Assembly (NCBI GenBank): GCA_049287005.1
Contig: JBAQEZ010000003.1
Location: 605,670 to 669,669 of the forward strand
Length of the DNA stretch: 64,000 bases
Reading direction: 5' to 3'
Source of the DNA: Candidatus Moraniibacteriota bacterium
GTDB lineage: Bacteria; Patescibacteriota; Minisyncoccia; Moranbacterales; UBA1568
The stretch's first letter is position 1, and each line of letters begins with the position of its first letter. Below, in pieces: positions 27,976 to 36,928 of the stretch. A program made the position numbers and the translations under genes. The notes beneath the pieces were generated by a model. That model searched no databases. It was not told the DNA's origin and saw only the letters and a list, made by a program, of their open reading frames with translations.

Positions 27976-28576
27976 CAGAAATTATGAGTAAAAGAAATAT
28001 TATTACAATGATTATTGCTACAGTAGCTCGTATGAAACCTATTTTCTCATGCGTTACGGTGAAGTGGCCATCCTTGTCCCAAGTAGTAGCACCTTCTTTA
28101 TTCAAATAACTATATGCGGATGAAAGCGTGAAGAGACTAACAATAGGGATACCGAGACCAAGACCCCTAAACCAAACTGCAAAACTACGATTCAGTGCTT
28201 TGGAAAATTCAAGTTTACTGCCTTCAGGACTCTTGAGATTAACTCGAAGGAGCCATTTACCCGGAGTTGTTCCCCATGTATTTAGAAGAGCAGCCTCTGC
28301 AAATATCCAGACAAAGAGTATAAGTAAAGTTAAAAACGTATCTGAGGTTTCTAAAAGCGATGGTATAAAAATACCTAAAAAGACACCAAAGATAAGTGAA
28401 AAAACAATAACATCTAGAGATCTAGCCCAATACCGTATCCATGGACGAACCGTAGTTACTGAATCGGGATTTGATTTTTTCTCATCAACCCGCCCTTCAA
28501 CTACTGGCTTTGTAATTGGATCTTTCTTGTCTAAAAAATCAAGATCTATATCTAATTTTTTTAATGGTTCTGACAT
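27968..28576 (-). CDS. RDD-family-like polytopic membrane protein with an N-terminal LDIDLDFLDKKD motif
   Basis: RPWIRYWARSLD plus three TM helices. It shares its N-terminal motif with the next gene. Confidence 0.55.
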   Translation of the reverse strand: MSEPLKKLDIDLDFLDKKDPITKPVVEGRVDEKKSNPDSVTTVRPWIRYWARSLDVIVFSLIFGVFLGIFIPSLLETSDTFLTLLILFVWIFAEAALLNTWGTTPGKWLLRVNLKSPEGSKLEFSKALNRSFAVWFRGLGLGIPIVSLFTLSSAYSYLNKEGATTWDKDGHFTVTHEKIGFIRATVAIIIVIIFLLLIISGE

Positions 28577-28584
28577 ACAATTTT

Positions 28585-29208
28585 TTAATACCTCTTGGTG
28601 CAGTTAGCTGCCAAATAATTATTTCGTTTTTGAACTTGGGCGTTATAACGATCAATTCTTGTGTTCGTGTCCGCTACAGCTCGTTTATAGGCTGGGAGTT
28701 TCGAGTTATAGGCATCTACCGCTGCATTATATTGATTAATTTGATACTGTGAAGAATATTCATTCACATTAGAACCATCTATTTCTCTTTTTAAGCGTTC
28801 TAATTCGTTTGTTTGGTTCTCCAAAGTGTTTTGTGCTAATGCTATTTGTGATTCGTTTTCATCGGGATTAAGTATATCTGCTTGATTGGAATGATCTCGT
28901 GAACAGCTATACTGGCCAACTATCACATCATTTCCGGTAGTACTTGTGGTTGAAACAGTAGAAGGAGAGGTGTTGTTTGTTGTGTTCGAACTACTGCTGT
29001 CATCAGAAAATAGTGCCCATCCAAAAAAAAGAATAACTCCACCAATGATCAGAATATTTTTCCAGTTATACTTATGGCTGGCTAATATCGAAGTAGGAGC
29101 ACTAGAAGTCTGTCCAGTGTTGAAATCCGGTTTAGGTGTGACTATAAGCGAGTCCTTCTTATCAAGAAATCCTAAGTCAATATCAAGATGATCTTTCGAG
29201 TCTTTCAT
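28585..29208 (-). CDS. single-pass membrane protein with an N-terminal LDIDLGFLDKKD motif and a coiled-coil ectodomain
   Basis: Reads HLDIDLGFLDKKDSL, then a TM helix, a Ser/Thr-rich linker, and a Q/N-rich coiled coil. Confidence 0.5.
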   Translation of the reverse strand: MKDSKDHLDIDLGFLDKKDSLIVTPKPDFNTGQTSSAPTSILASHKYNWKNILIIGGVILFFGWALFSDDSSSSNTTNNTSPSTVSTTSTTGNDVIVGQYSCSRDHSNQADILNPDENESQIALAQNTLENQTNELERLKREIDGSNVNEYSSQYQINQYNAAVDAYNSKLPAYKRAVADTNTRIDRYNAQVQKRNNYLAANCTKRY

Positions 29209-29214
29209 ATATTA

Positions 29215-30861
29215 TTATTTTTCCCGATTATCATAACAAGCCTGCACAAGCGCTGGTAAAACAACTGCGTTAGGAGCTGACATTGGGATGGTAGAGAATT
29301 GCTGACTCTTCCCATCCTTATCCACCCACAGAATTACTGAGCCTTGATCAAATTTTGGAATGTATATAGTATCTGTCCAATAAACCATTAGTTTCTCATT
29401 TTTACCAAATAATTTAAATTGAATCTTTGAATACCCTTGTTTTGTAAACTCCACCTCACCAATTTTTACAGCTTCTCCGCGACTAAAAATCTGATCAACA
29501 ATTCTTTTAATAATAAGAGGTTCAATTAAGCTGGATGCTAGTCCAACTAGTTGTGCCCAACTATCTTTTGCTTTACTCTCTTCCCTGCTCGCAGAGAGAG
29601 ACAGTGAGATATTTTCTTTTTCAGAAGTGGCTGACCATCTGTAGACGTACGAAGTGGAAACTGGTACACCATAGACCCTTGACGTTGTTGCGGTTGAATC
29701 AAAAGAGATGTTTAGTACGTCTTTAAAAAAAATTCTTTTATCATTGTATTCGAGAAAGCTGTTTTTAAACACAACAGTGCCACTTCGGAATGTTCCAGGG
29801 ATCTCTATGGCGAGAGAATTCTCGATGTCATCAGAAATATTCTTTTTAATCTGTTCAAGTTCGCCATGCAGTTTATTTTTTAAACTTTCAGTACCAGCAA
29901 GTTTAATCGCCACTTCTAGAAGGCCTTGAGATTTGTTAAGTTCACTTAAGTTATTATGCAAGTCAAGAATGATAGATCGCAAGGCGTTAGCCGCACGATC
30001 GCGCATAATCTTAGTTTGACTATCTTCGTATAGACCGAGGTCAATCAGTTTATTTAGTTCTAGTGAGATTGAAGCGACAAGTTGTTTGATTGTTTGTGAT
30101 TCCTCTTTATCAAATTTCCCATCCTTGCTTACCTCCATTTTTTCAAGTCCCTCAACGGCCTGACTAATTGCTTGATAAGCCGGTCCCAAAACGCTCTTTT
30201 CTATCTTCTCGCCTTTTACTGAGAAAACTTTTTGAAACTCATTAATGTAGTCACTATTTTTATGAATGTGGTGCAGCTCTGTATATATATCTGACAGGTA
30301 TTCCACTACGTGCTTTCTGAAATCAGAAATAATATCCTCACTGGCCGTTTGTTCATCATGAAGTTTGTAAATCTTAGAAAAAGAGTTCCAGAACTTATCC
30401 GAATCGACAAGTTCTTTCCATGCAACCAAGGAATTCTGTAGGTATTCCTTATTGTCTTCTGCTGAAAGTATCAGACAATACAAAATAGCAAGATTTTTTT
30501 TGTAAAAGAAGGCTTTTGTGTTTTGACCTTCTGATGCATCTTGCCAAGTTCCAACAGCATTCAAATAGTCTTTGAGCTTAAACAAGCCCAACACTTGTTC
30601 ATCCACTCCATCTGCGATCTGAAACCAAAAAAAGTATTCCCTGATTCGTTTTTTAGGAGCTTGGAGTCGCTGTAAGGCATCTTTGACTGCATTCTCAGTT
30701 CTGAAATCTTCAAACAAACCTAAGTCTGTATCGTAGTCAGGAGTATCTTCAGCTCTGAGACGATTAACAATCTCTTTTGAGCGCTTTAAAATATCTCTTT
30801 CACTGACCGACGTATCCAGTCCAAGGATATGGTAAGAATTATTTTTAAGTGTAAGTGACAT
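29215..30861 (-). CDS. J-domain-like protein (HPD replaced by TPD) with a long helical C-terminal region
   Basis: N-terminal SYHILGLDTSVSERDILKRSKEIVNRLRAEDTPDYD aligns with the DnaJ sequence YYEILGV...AYRKLAMKYHPD. Confidence 0.5.
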   Translation of the reverse strand: MSLTLKNNSYHILGLDTSVSERDILKRSKEIVNRLRAEDTPDYDTDLGLFEDFRTENAVKDALQRLQAPKKRIREYFFWFQIADGVDEQVLGLFKLKDYLNAVGTWQDASEGQNTKAFFYKKNLAILYCLILSAEDNKEYLQNSLVAWKELVDSDKFWNSFSKIYKLHDEQTASEDIISDFRKHVVEYLSDIYTELHHIHKNSDYINEFQKVFSVKGEKIEKSVLGPAYQAISQAVEGLEKMEVSKDGKFDKEESQTIKQLVASISLELNKLIDLGLYEDSQTKIMRDRAANALRSIILDLHNNLSELNKSQGLLEVAIKLAGTESLKNKLHGELEQIKKNISDDIENSLAIEIPGTFRSGTVVFKNSFLEYNDKRIFFKDVLNISFDSTATTSRVYGVPVSTSYVYRWSATSEKENISLSLSASREESKAKDSWAQLVGLASSLIEPLIIKRIVDQIFSRGEAVKIGEVEFTKQGYSKIQFKLFGKNEKLMVYWTDTIYIPKFDQGSVILWVDKDGKSQQFSTIPMSAPNAVVLPALVQACYDNREK

Positions 30862-30866
30862 ATTAT

Positions 30867-33380
30867 TTATCGTGTAATACCCGAAAGTTTATTTCTCATT
30901 GTTTCCTGTTCATCAGATGGCAGTAGCAACAATAAGTTGTGAACGCAGCGCTTTAACTCGTCAACATCACCAAGCTCTATTGCGCGTCTGCCTTTCTCGG
31001 TATAATAACCAGCTTCCTTTTCATTGATAAATTTCTTATTACCATCGGTAAGTTGACTGAATTGATAGGCCCATGTTGCCGGATTAGAAAACAAAGCCTT
31101 GCCACCAAGTTCCTTGATTTGCTCGTTTACTCGGACCAGGAGAGCTTTATCATTTTCTGCTATAGCCTTTTCTCCTTCTTCTTTCATTTTTTTGAGATGC
31201 TCCTCGTGCTGTACTTTGTCTTTATCATCACCAAGTTCAGTGATAATTGTTTGGGTAGTTTCTGTGCTCTCTTTAAATTCTTTAAGCAACTGGGGCATCT
31301 CTTTTTCCTTTTCAAGTCGATCAATAGCTATTTTTAAATCCTTAAGTTGTTTGTTTGCCTTAAGCTTCTCGTCTTCGTCAATATGCGCGTTCCTCAAGCT
31401 GTTTGCTACCGAATTGATCGTGTTATTAAGTCTATTCTTTTCCTCAGTAGAACAGTTTTCAGAAACAGACCGTGCTCTTTCAGTTTGTATATTTAAATCA
31501 TATTCAATAGTCTTAACTTCTAGAGTTTCATCTTGCGCTGTAGAACGAGCCTTGAGGGTGAGGTCAACCAAAGGAATATAAGCGGTCACAAAGACTTCGC
31601 GCGACTCATTCATTTCGACAGTCAATTCCAATGGAGTTCCTTCTGGTAGATCATGAGGTAAATCCTTGCCATTAACGCCTAGCTCACAAAGATAGGTGTT
31701 GCGATCAGGGATCTCGGACTCGCCCTCAACCAAGGTAATATCCAATTTGCCTTCTTCATTTTTCCTTAGTTTTCTGGAAGTTTTTAAATCAGTTAGGACT
31801 TTCTTAATAGGAAGTATAGATCCCTTGTCGAAAATCTTCTCACAAACGTTTGTTGCAATATTCCGAATATGATCCTTTTTAGCTACAATTACACCAACCG
31901 AATGAGGCAATGGTGCACCGGATACTGATAGCCCCTGGGTAATAGAAAATGAGTCAGGATCAACCAAAACAGAATTGCCGTCTTTGTCAAAAAGGTAAAT
32001 CCAATAGACGTTTGGCTTGCCTGGTTCGACAGCAACCGTATCAAAAAATTTGCCACTCTTTAACTTGATTTTTGAACCATTATAAAATCCGCTGTCTGAT
32101 TGAATTTGTATATAATATTCTTCTTCGGAATCTTTAATATCCTCTATGACACCACTGATTGTTTCTTCGGTATCGGAAGTCAGAGATTCATAATTCAGAT
32201 TGATAGACATTGTCCCTTTTTTGAGTTTCTGAGGGTCATTTTCTATGAGTTCCTTCGGAATCTTTTGTCCAATTCCAAATACACAAGCACCTCTTGCAAC
32301 GACTGTGAGAGGGTCAACAGACGCATCTGCGATTATTTTAAGTTCGCTTTCTATTCTTTCACGAATGTATGGGATTTGAGTTGGTCCGCCAACGAGAATT
32401 ACCTTTGCAACAGAACTATTCTTAATACCAGCATCTTTCAATGTCTCCTTCGAAAGCTCAATGGTGCGATCAACCATTGGTTTGATTAGTTTTTCAAATT
32501 CTTTCCTCGTAAAATCAATGGTAAGAAAAACCTCTTTGCATTCATTGTCATTCCCGATGTTCTCTACTACGATTGATGTTTTTTCGTATTCGGAAAGTTC
32601 AATTTTAGCCCTCTCAGCAAAGAATTTCAATTGGGAAAAAATACCGCGGTATTTTTCATTGCCTCTATTGAAATTATTAATTGAAAATTTCTCTAAAATC
32701 TTTGGCACTATTACTTTGTCAACAATCTCCAAATCAAAGTTCTTACCACCAAGAAAATTGTCACCGTTATGACCAAGCACTGAAAGTGCTCTATCTTTGG
32801 AAGCTATCAAAGCTACGTCAAATGTGCCTCCACCAAAATCATAAATGAGCCAATTTTCATTCTTGGTGTTTGTGAAACCATAAGCAATAGCAGCGGCTAT
32901 CGGCTCTTGTAATAGTATTACGTGTTTAAATCCGGCAAGATTTCCAGCACGCTTTGTTGCTTCAGACTGTAAAACCGAAAAAGCAGCTGGAACCGTGATT
33001 ACGGCAGCTACGGTATTGAAGTCTGTATATTTTCTTAAAATGTCCTCTTTTAGACTTTTAAGGATCTCAGCCGAAATTTCTTCCGGCCCCATTTCTATAC
33101 CAGCTCTCTCAAAATAAAAAGTTTCCGAAGTGCCCATCAGCCTTTTAACTTCGGGTTTGTAGTTTTTTATCTCATCTTCAGATGCGTCCTTATAAAAATT
33201 CTCATAAGCCTTCTGACCAACCACTTTATTCTTTGATTTATCAAAACCAAACACAGACGGCGTATATTCAACACCGCCAGGTTTTTTGACGATTTCAATA
33301 TTGCCGTTATTGTTTATAGCAATAGATGAGTTTGTTGTACCCAGATCTATGCCTATTTGAATACTTTGTTGACTGGCCAT
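30867..33380 (-). CDS. atypical Hsp70-family ATPase (DnaK-like NBD plus a roughly 460-aa non-canonical C-terminal region)
   Basis: Carries [25 protein letters not shown] and ILVGGPTQIPYI. The C-terminus lacks a DnaK-type substrate-binding domain. Confidence 0.8.
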   Translation of the reverse strand: MASQQSIQIGIDLGTTNSSIAINNNGNIEIVKKPGGVEYTPSVFGFDKSKNKVVGQKAYENFYKDASEDEIKNYKPEVKRLMGTSETFYFERAGIEMGPEEISAEILKSLKEDILRKYTDFNTVAAVITVPAAFSVLQSEATKRAGNLAGFKHVILLQEPIAAAIAYGFTNTKNENWLIYDFGGGTFDVALIASKDRALSVLGHNGDNFLGGKNFDLEIVDKVIVPKILEKFSINNFNRGNEKYRGIFSQLKFFAERAKIELSEYEKTSIVVENIGNDNECKEVFLTIDFTRKEFEKLIKPMVDRTIELSKETLKDAGIKNSSVAKVILVGGPTQIPYIRERIESELKIIADASVDPLTVVARGACVFGIGQKIPKELIENDPQKLKKGTMSINLNYESLTSDTEETISGVIEDIKDSEEEYYIQIQSDSGFYNGSKIKLKSGKFFDTVAVEPGKPNVYWIYLFDKDGNSVLVDPDSFSITQGLSVSGAPLPHSVGVIVAKKDHIRNIATNVCEKIFDKGSILPIKKVLTDLKTSRKLRKNEEGKLDITLVEGESEIPDRNTYLCELGVNGKDLPHDLPEGTPLELTVEMNESREVFVTAYIPLVDLTLKARSTAQDETLEVKTIEYDLNIQTERARSVSENCSTEEKNRLNNTINSVANSLRNAHIDEDEKLKANKQLKDLKIAIDRLEKEKEMPQLLKEFKESTETTQTIITELGDDKDKVQHEEHLKKMKEEGEKAIAENDKALLVRVNEQIKELGGKALFSNPATWAYQFSQLTDGNKKFINEKEAGYYTEKGRRAIELGDVDELKRCVHNLLLLLPSDEQETMRNKLSGITR

Positions 33381-33392
33381 AGTAACAGCAGA

Positions 33393-33920
33393 TTAATTAT
33401 TGCTAAGTAGAATTATTTTAGCCTTTCGAACAACCTGACCTTTACACATAATAGTTGGCTCCACGGTTTCTTTTATTGTTGGCTCCAAAAGAGAGGCGTC
33501 TTTTTCCACAGATAGAATATCGAGATTAAGTCCCTCATTATATTTTTGGTTCTTATAGTCAATAATTTTGATGTCGTACTTTTCAAGATATCGCATTAAC
33601 TTTTGCACAGAATTTTCTAAGCCCTTCATTTGGTTTTCAGGCAAACTCGAAGCCGATTTAGCTATACGCTGTTCAATGCGCCATACTTCAACGGCAAGAT
33701 CAATTAAATCATTTACACCAATGGATAACTCGATAAATTTAGGCGCTACAGCAAACTTGATTTCTTCTTTTATTTTTAAATAAACGTCATTAATTTTGTT
33801 GATCTCACTTTTTTTAGTTAAATATGCAAGTAGATAAAGGATAACAATTAAGGTTGCGGCTATAAATAAAAATAGGAAGGGAATTGAATAATTTAAATTC
33901 GCTATCATTGAATTAGTCAT
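33393..33920 (-). CDS. membrane-anchored GrpE-like nucleotide-exchange-factor candidate
   Basis: An N-terminal TM helix. The C-terminal stretch KYDIKIIDYKNQKYNEGLNLDILS...EPTIMCKGQVVRKAKIIL aligns with the host GrpE sequence ...TIEAKEGETFDPSIHEAL...VVQKGYKFGDRVIRPAKVIV. Confidence 0.45.
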   Translation of the reverse strand: MTNSMIANLNYSIPFLFLFIAATLIVILYLLAYLTKKSEINKINDVYLKIKEEIKFAVAPKFIELSIGVNDLIDLAVEVWRIEQRIAKSASSLPENQMKGLENSVQKLMRYLEKYDIKIIDYKNQKYNEGLNLDILSVEKDASLLEPTIKETVEPTIMCKGQVVRKAKIILLSNN

Positions 33921-34119
33921 GATTTTTATGTTTAATGAATTTCAATAAATCGTCTTTTCGATATCTTCGATCTCCTCTAGTACCGAATCGGATTGCTTTC
34001 AAAATTCCCTTATTATCCCAATTCCGGAGCGTGTTTGGGTGGCAATTCAATACTTCACACGCCTCTTGAAGCGTCAAGATTTCTGGATATTCCTCGATTT
34101 TCTTCGGTTGAGTCTTCAT
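33913..34119 (-). CDS. excisionase/AlpA-family HTH DNA-binding protein
   Basis: LTLQEACEVLNCHPNTLRNW...FGTRGDRRY. It lies adjacent to the tRNA-Gln attachment site. Confidence 0.6.
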   Translation of the reverse strand: MKTQPKKIEEYPEILTLQEACEVLNCHPNTLRNWDNKGILKAIRFGTRGDRRYRKDDLLKFIKHKNHD

Positions 34120-34292
34120 AGTTTTTTTGACTTACTATTAGTCTACAACTTCCCTGCGAATAAGCAAGTATGAAAAGCACCGCCAAAGAAACTAAAAACA
34201 ACCTAATTTTGATTAGGATATTTTACTTCTTATCTTAAAATTCTTAAACGATAGGTTACTACGCATCTCGAGCGTTATAACCTATCACGACT

Positions 34293-34366
34293 TGGCTGGG
34301 GTGCTAGGATTCGAACCTAGGGTCATGGGACCAGAACCCATTGCCTTACCGCTTGGCCACACCCCA
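34293..34366 (-). tRNA. tRNA-Gln(CUG)
   Basis: The reverse-complement reads UGGGGUG-UG-GCC-AAGCGGUAA-GGC-A-AUGGG-UUCUGGU-CCCAU-GACC-CUAGG-UUCGAAU-CCUAG-CACCCCA-G-CCA. It has a U1-A72 pair and an encoded CCA, as in bacterial tRNA-Gln. Confidence 0.9.
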
Positions 34367-34514
34367 ATTTTACGGACTTCTTCGCTCATGAACTGTTAGC
34401 TTTTTAGCTTGAAAAAAGGATCAAACTCGCTCTATCATCCAAAACACTCCCCTATTCTACACGAAATGAGATTTTTTTCAAGAGTAAAAAAACGAGCCGC
34501 AACCACTGTTCTGG

Positions 34515-35174
34515 TTACGGCGTCGCGACGAGCTGGAGACGAGCGATACGTTCAGCATTTTCTTCGACCGTTGCCCTGAGCTCTTCCTTCAAGATGTTAT
34601 ATTGCTTCGCTATCGGGAGGATCAGGTGACGTGTTTCCTCGTTCTTCCTGGTCTGCTTTTCCAGAGTGCAGAACGAAAGGGTCAGCTGATTGTCCGTACG
34701 ATCCCACAATTTGAGAGGTACAAATTCCATGGAGCTCGCGATGCGGTCATAGTACGTCCGTTTACGATCATTATCGTCATGATAATAATACAGATTGCGG
34801 TCGATACTGCACCCCATAACGAGATACGCTGTCCTAGGCGTGCTCTGTGCCGCGATACGCTCCTCCGGCCACTCTCTAGGGAATTGCTCATGAATGTCAT
34901 GGAGCAATGCCGCAGCCAGTTGTTCGGGATCGGTATTTTTGCAGTACACCGCTCCGATAGCGCACACGCCATGCAGATGACGGACATACGGATCCCCGCT
35001 ATCACGAGGAGGGACAGCGGCAAATGCCTCGGTCACGAGCGCATTGACATCATGTAGGAATCGCAGAATACTCTTACCGAATCCGCAACGCTCAAGGTAA
35101 TCGAAAAGGGCGGCTTCATTGCCGTATTCTTGTACAACCTGGCGCAGACGAGCCAGTTTTGGATGGTACTCCAT
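34515..35174 (-). CDS. HD-domain (p)ppGpp-hydrolase-like protein (small alarmone hydrolase type)
   Basis: YVRHLHGVCAIG...AALLHDIHE fits the RelA/SpoT-type HD motif. Confidence 0.55.
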   Translation of the reverse strand: MEYHPKLARLRQVVQEYGNEAALFDYLERCGFGKSILRFLHDVNALVTEAFAAVPPRDSGDPYVRHLHGVCAIGAVYCKNTDPEQLAAALLHDIHEQFPREWPEERIAAQSTPRTAYLVMGCSIDRNLYYYHDDNDRKRTYYDRIASSMEFVPLKLWDRTDNQLTLSFCTLEKQTRKNEETRHLILPIAKQYNILKEELRATVEENAERIARLQLVATP

Positions 35175-35277
35175 GGTATCCCTCGCAAAATGTTAAGAAA
35201 AATGTTAAGAAACTAGAAATAAAATCATAACAAAAAAACACCTTCTCGTCAACCGGCTCGCTCGCAAGACGCTTGTC

Positions 35278-36192
35278 TCAGCCCTTCAGATAGCGGCGGA
35301 TAGCGATAGCGCTGCTCACCACGCCGAGTGTGATACCGAGGAGCGCCAGCCCGCCGAACAAGTACCAAAAATAATTCAGAAAGAGATCCATGAAATTTCC
35401 CTGGGCCATGGCTCCCGCGGTAAACGGAGCGATATAATAGGCTATTCCGTAGAGGGCGACGATGGTCACGAGAGCCGCTACCAGACCATAGAGCGCACCC
35501 TCGAAAACGAACGGCATCCGCACGTAGATATTGGAAGCGCCGACCAAACGCATGACTTCAAACTCCTGGCGATGAGAATAGATCGTAATCCGGATGGTAT
35601 TGAACGTGATCAGAATGGCCACGAAGATAAAAATGGCGCCCAATATCAGCCCGGTTTTTCCTGTCATTTTGTTGATGCGGTCGAGACGCTCAAAAATCCT
35701 TTTATTTTTTTCGTAATTGATACGGCTGATATCGTTCTGAAACGTCGATTTTTGGATCTGATCGACGATGAGCGGATAATCATCCGGCTTGATGGCTTTG
35801 ATTACCAATGAAGCGAACAGCGGATTTTCTCCGATTTCTTTGATGGCCTGCGCGATGACGGGATCGTTGCCGCTCTCGGACAAAAATTGCTTCAAGGCAT
35901 CCTCGCGCGAGACATACTCGACCGAGGCTATCTCTTTTTTGTATTTCGTCAGTTCATTTTTTATATCCAAGATCCGCTCCTCTGAAACATCAGGATTGAA
36001 AGAAACGCTCACGCTCACTTTTTCGCGCATATTCTGCAGGATCAGCTGTGACGTCATCCCCAGCAGAAAAGAAAGGCTCACGATAAAAAGCGATAGGGTC
36101 AAAATGCTGACGGTCGCGAATGTCAACCATCCATTGCGGACAAAATTTTCTTTTCCTTCTTTGAAAGTGCGCCACAGCTTGAGGGTTTGCAT
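35278..36192 (-). CDS. ftsX: cell-division ABC transporter permease FtsX
   Basis: Four TM helices with a large periplasmic loop. It pairs with the upstream ftsE. Confidence 0.8.
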   Translation of the reverse strand: MQTLKLWRTFKEGKENFVRNGWLTFATVSILTLSLFIVSLSFLLGMTSQLILQNMREKVSVSVSFNPDVSEERILDIKNELTKYKKEIASVEYVSREDALKQFLSESGNDPVIAQAIKEIGENPLFASLVIKAIKPDDYPLIVDQIQKSTFQNDISRINYEKNKRIFERLDRINKMTGKTGLILGAIFIFVAILITFNTIRITIYSHRQEFEVMRLVGASNIYVRMPFVFEGALYGLVAALVTIVALYGIAYYIAPFTAGAMAQGNFMDLFLNYFWYLFGGLALLGITLGVVSSAIAIRRYLKG

Positions 36193-36200
36193 AAGAATTT

Positions 36201-36902
36201 TTAGCTTAAAATATATTTGCCTTTATCCTGGTCATGGATAATTTGTCCCTTGCTGATCAACACCACGCGTTTACCGATCTTATCCACGATACCTTTGTTG
36301 TGTGTCGCCAGAAGTACCGTCGTGCCGAATGAATTGATCTCCAAGAGCAGTTGGATGATTTCATTGGCCGAAACCGGATCCAAGTTGCCCGTCGGCTCAT
36401 CGGCAATGATGACTTTCGGGCGATGGATCAGGGCACGAGCCAATGAGACGCGCTGCTGTTCGCCTCCGGATAACTGTTTCGGAAATTTGCATATTTTGTC
36501 ACCGAGACCGACGATTTCGAGAATTTCTGGCACTTCTTCATTGATTTCCGCCGTACTCCGTCCATCCACTTCCAGCGCGTAAGCGACATTTTCAAAAACG
36601 GTCCTCTGCGGGAGCAGCTTGTAATCCTGAAAAACGGTACCAATGTTGCGACGAAAGAATGGGAGGTGCTTACGATTGATTTTCCCCAATGGGCGTTCGT
36701 TGAAATACACCTCGCCTTGCGTCGGTATCTCTTCCGCATAGATCAGTTTGAGCAGCGTCGACTTGCCAGCGCCGCTGGCACCGACAATAGAAATGAATTC
36801 TCCCGGCTGAAAGGATATGTTGATGTTATCCAGCACGGTAACATTGCCAGGAAAAACCTTGGCAACATTTTCAAAACGGATAATTGGCTGCACGGATGAC
36901 AT
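36201..36902 (-). CDS. ftsE: cell-division ABC ATPase FtsE
   Basis: A Walker A motif GASGAGKST, the LSGGEQQR signature, and a Walker B motif IIADEPTGNLD. Confidence 0.85.
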   Translation of the reverse strand: MSSVQPIIRFENVAKVFPGNVTVLDNINISFQPGEFISIVGASGAGKSTLLKLIYAEEIPTQGEVYFNERPLGKINRKHLPFFRRNIGTVFQDYKLLPQRTVFENVAYALEVDGRSTAEINEEVPEILEIVGLGDKICKFPKQLSGGEQQRVSLARALIHRPKVIIADEPTGNLDPVSANEIIQLLLEINSFGTTVLLATHNKGIVDKIGKRVVLISKGQIIHDQDKGKYILS

Positions 36903-36928
36903 ATTTTTTATATTTACGAATGTTTCTT

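Noticed and set aside
31053-32772. Several + strand ORFs of 94–160 aa
   Set aside because: They lie antisense inside the Hsp70-like gene and have low-complexity Ser/Leu-rich translations.
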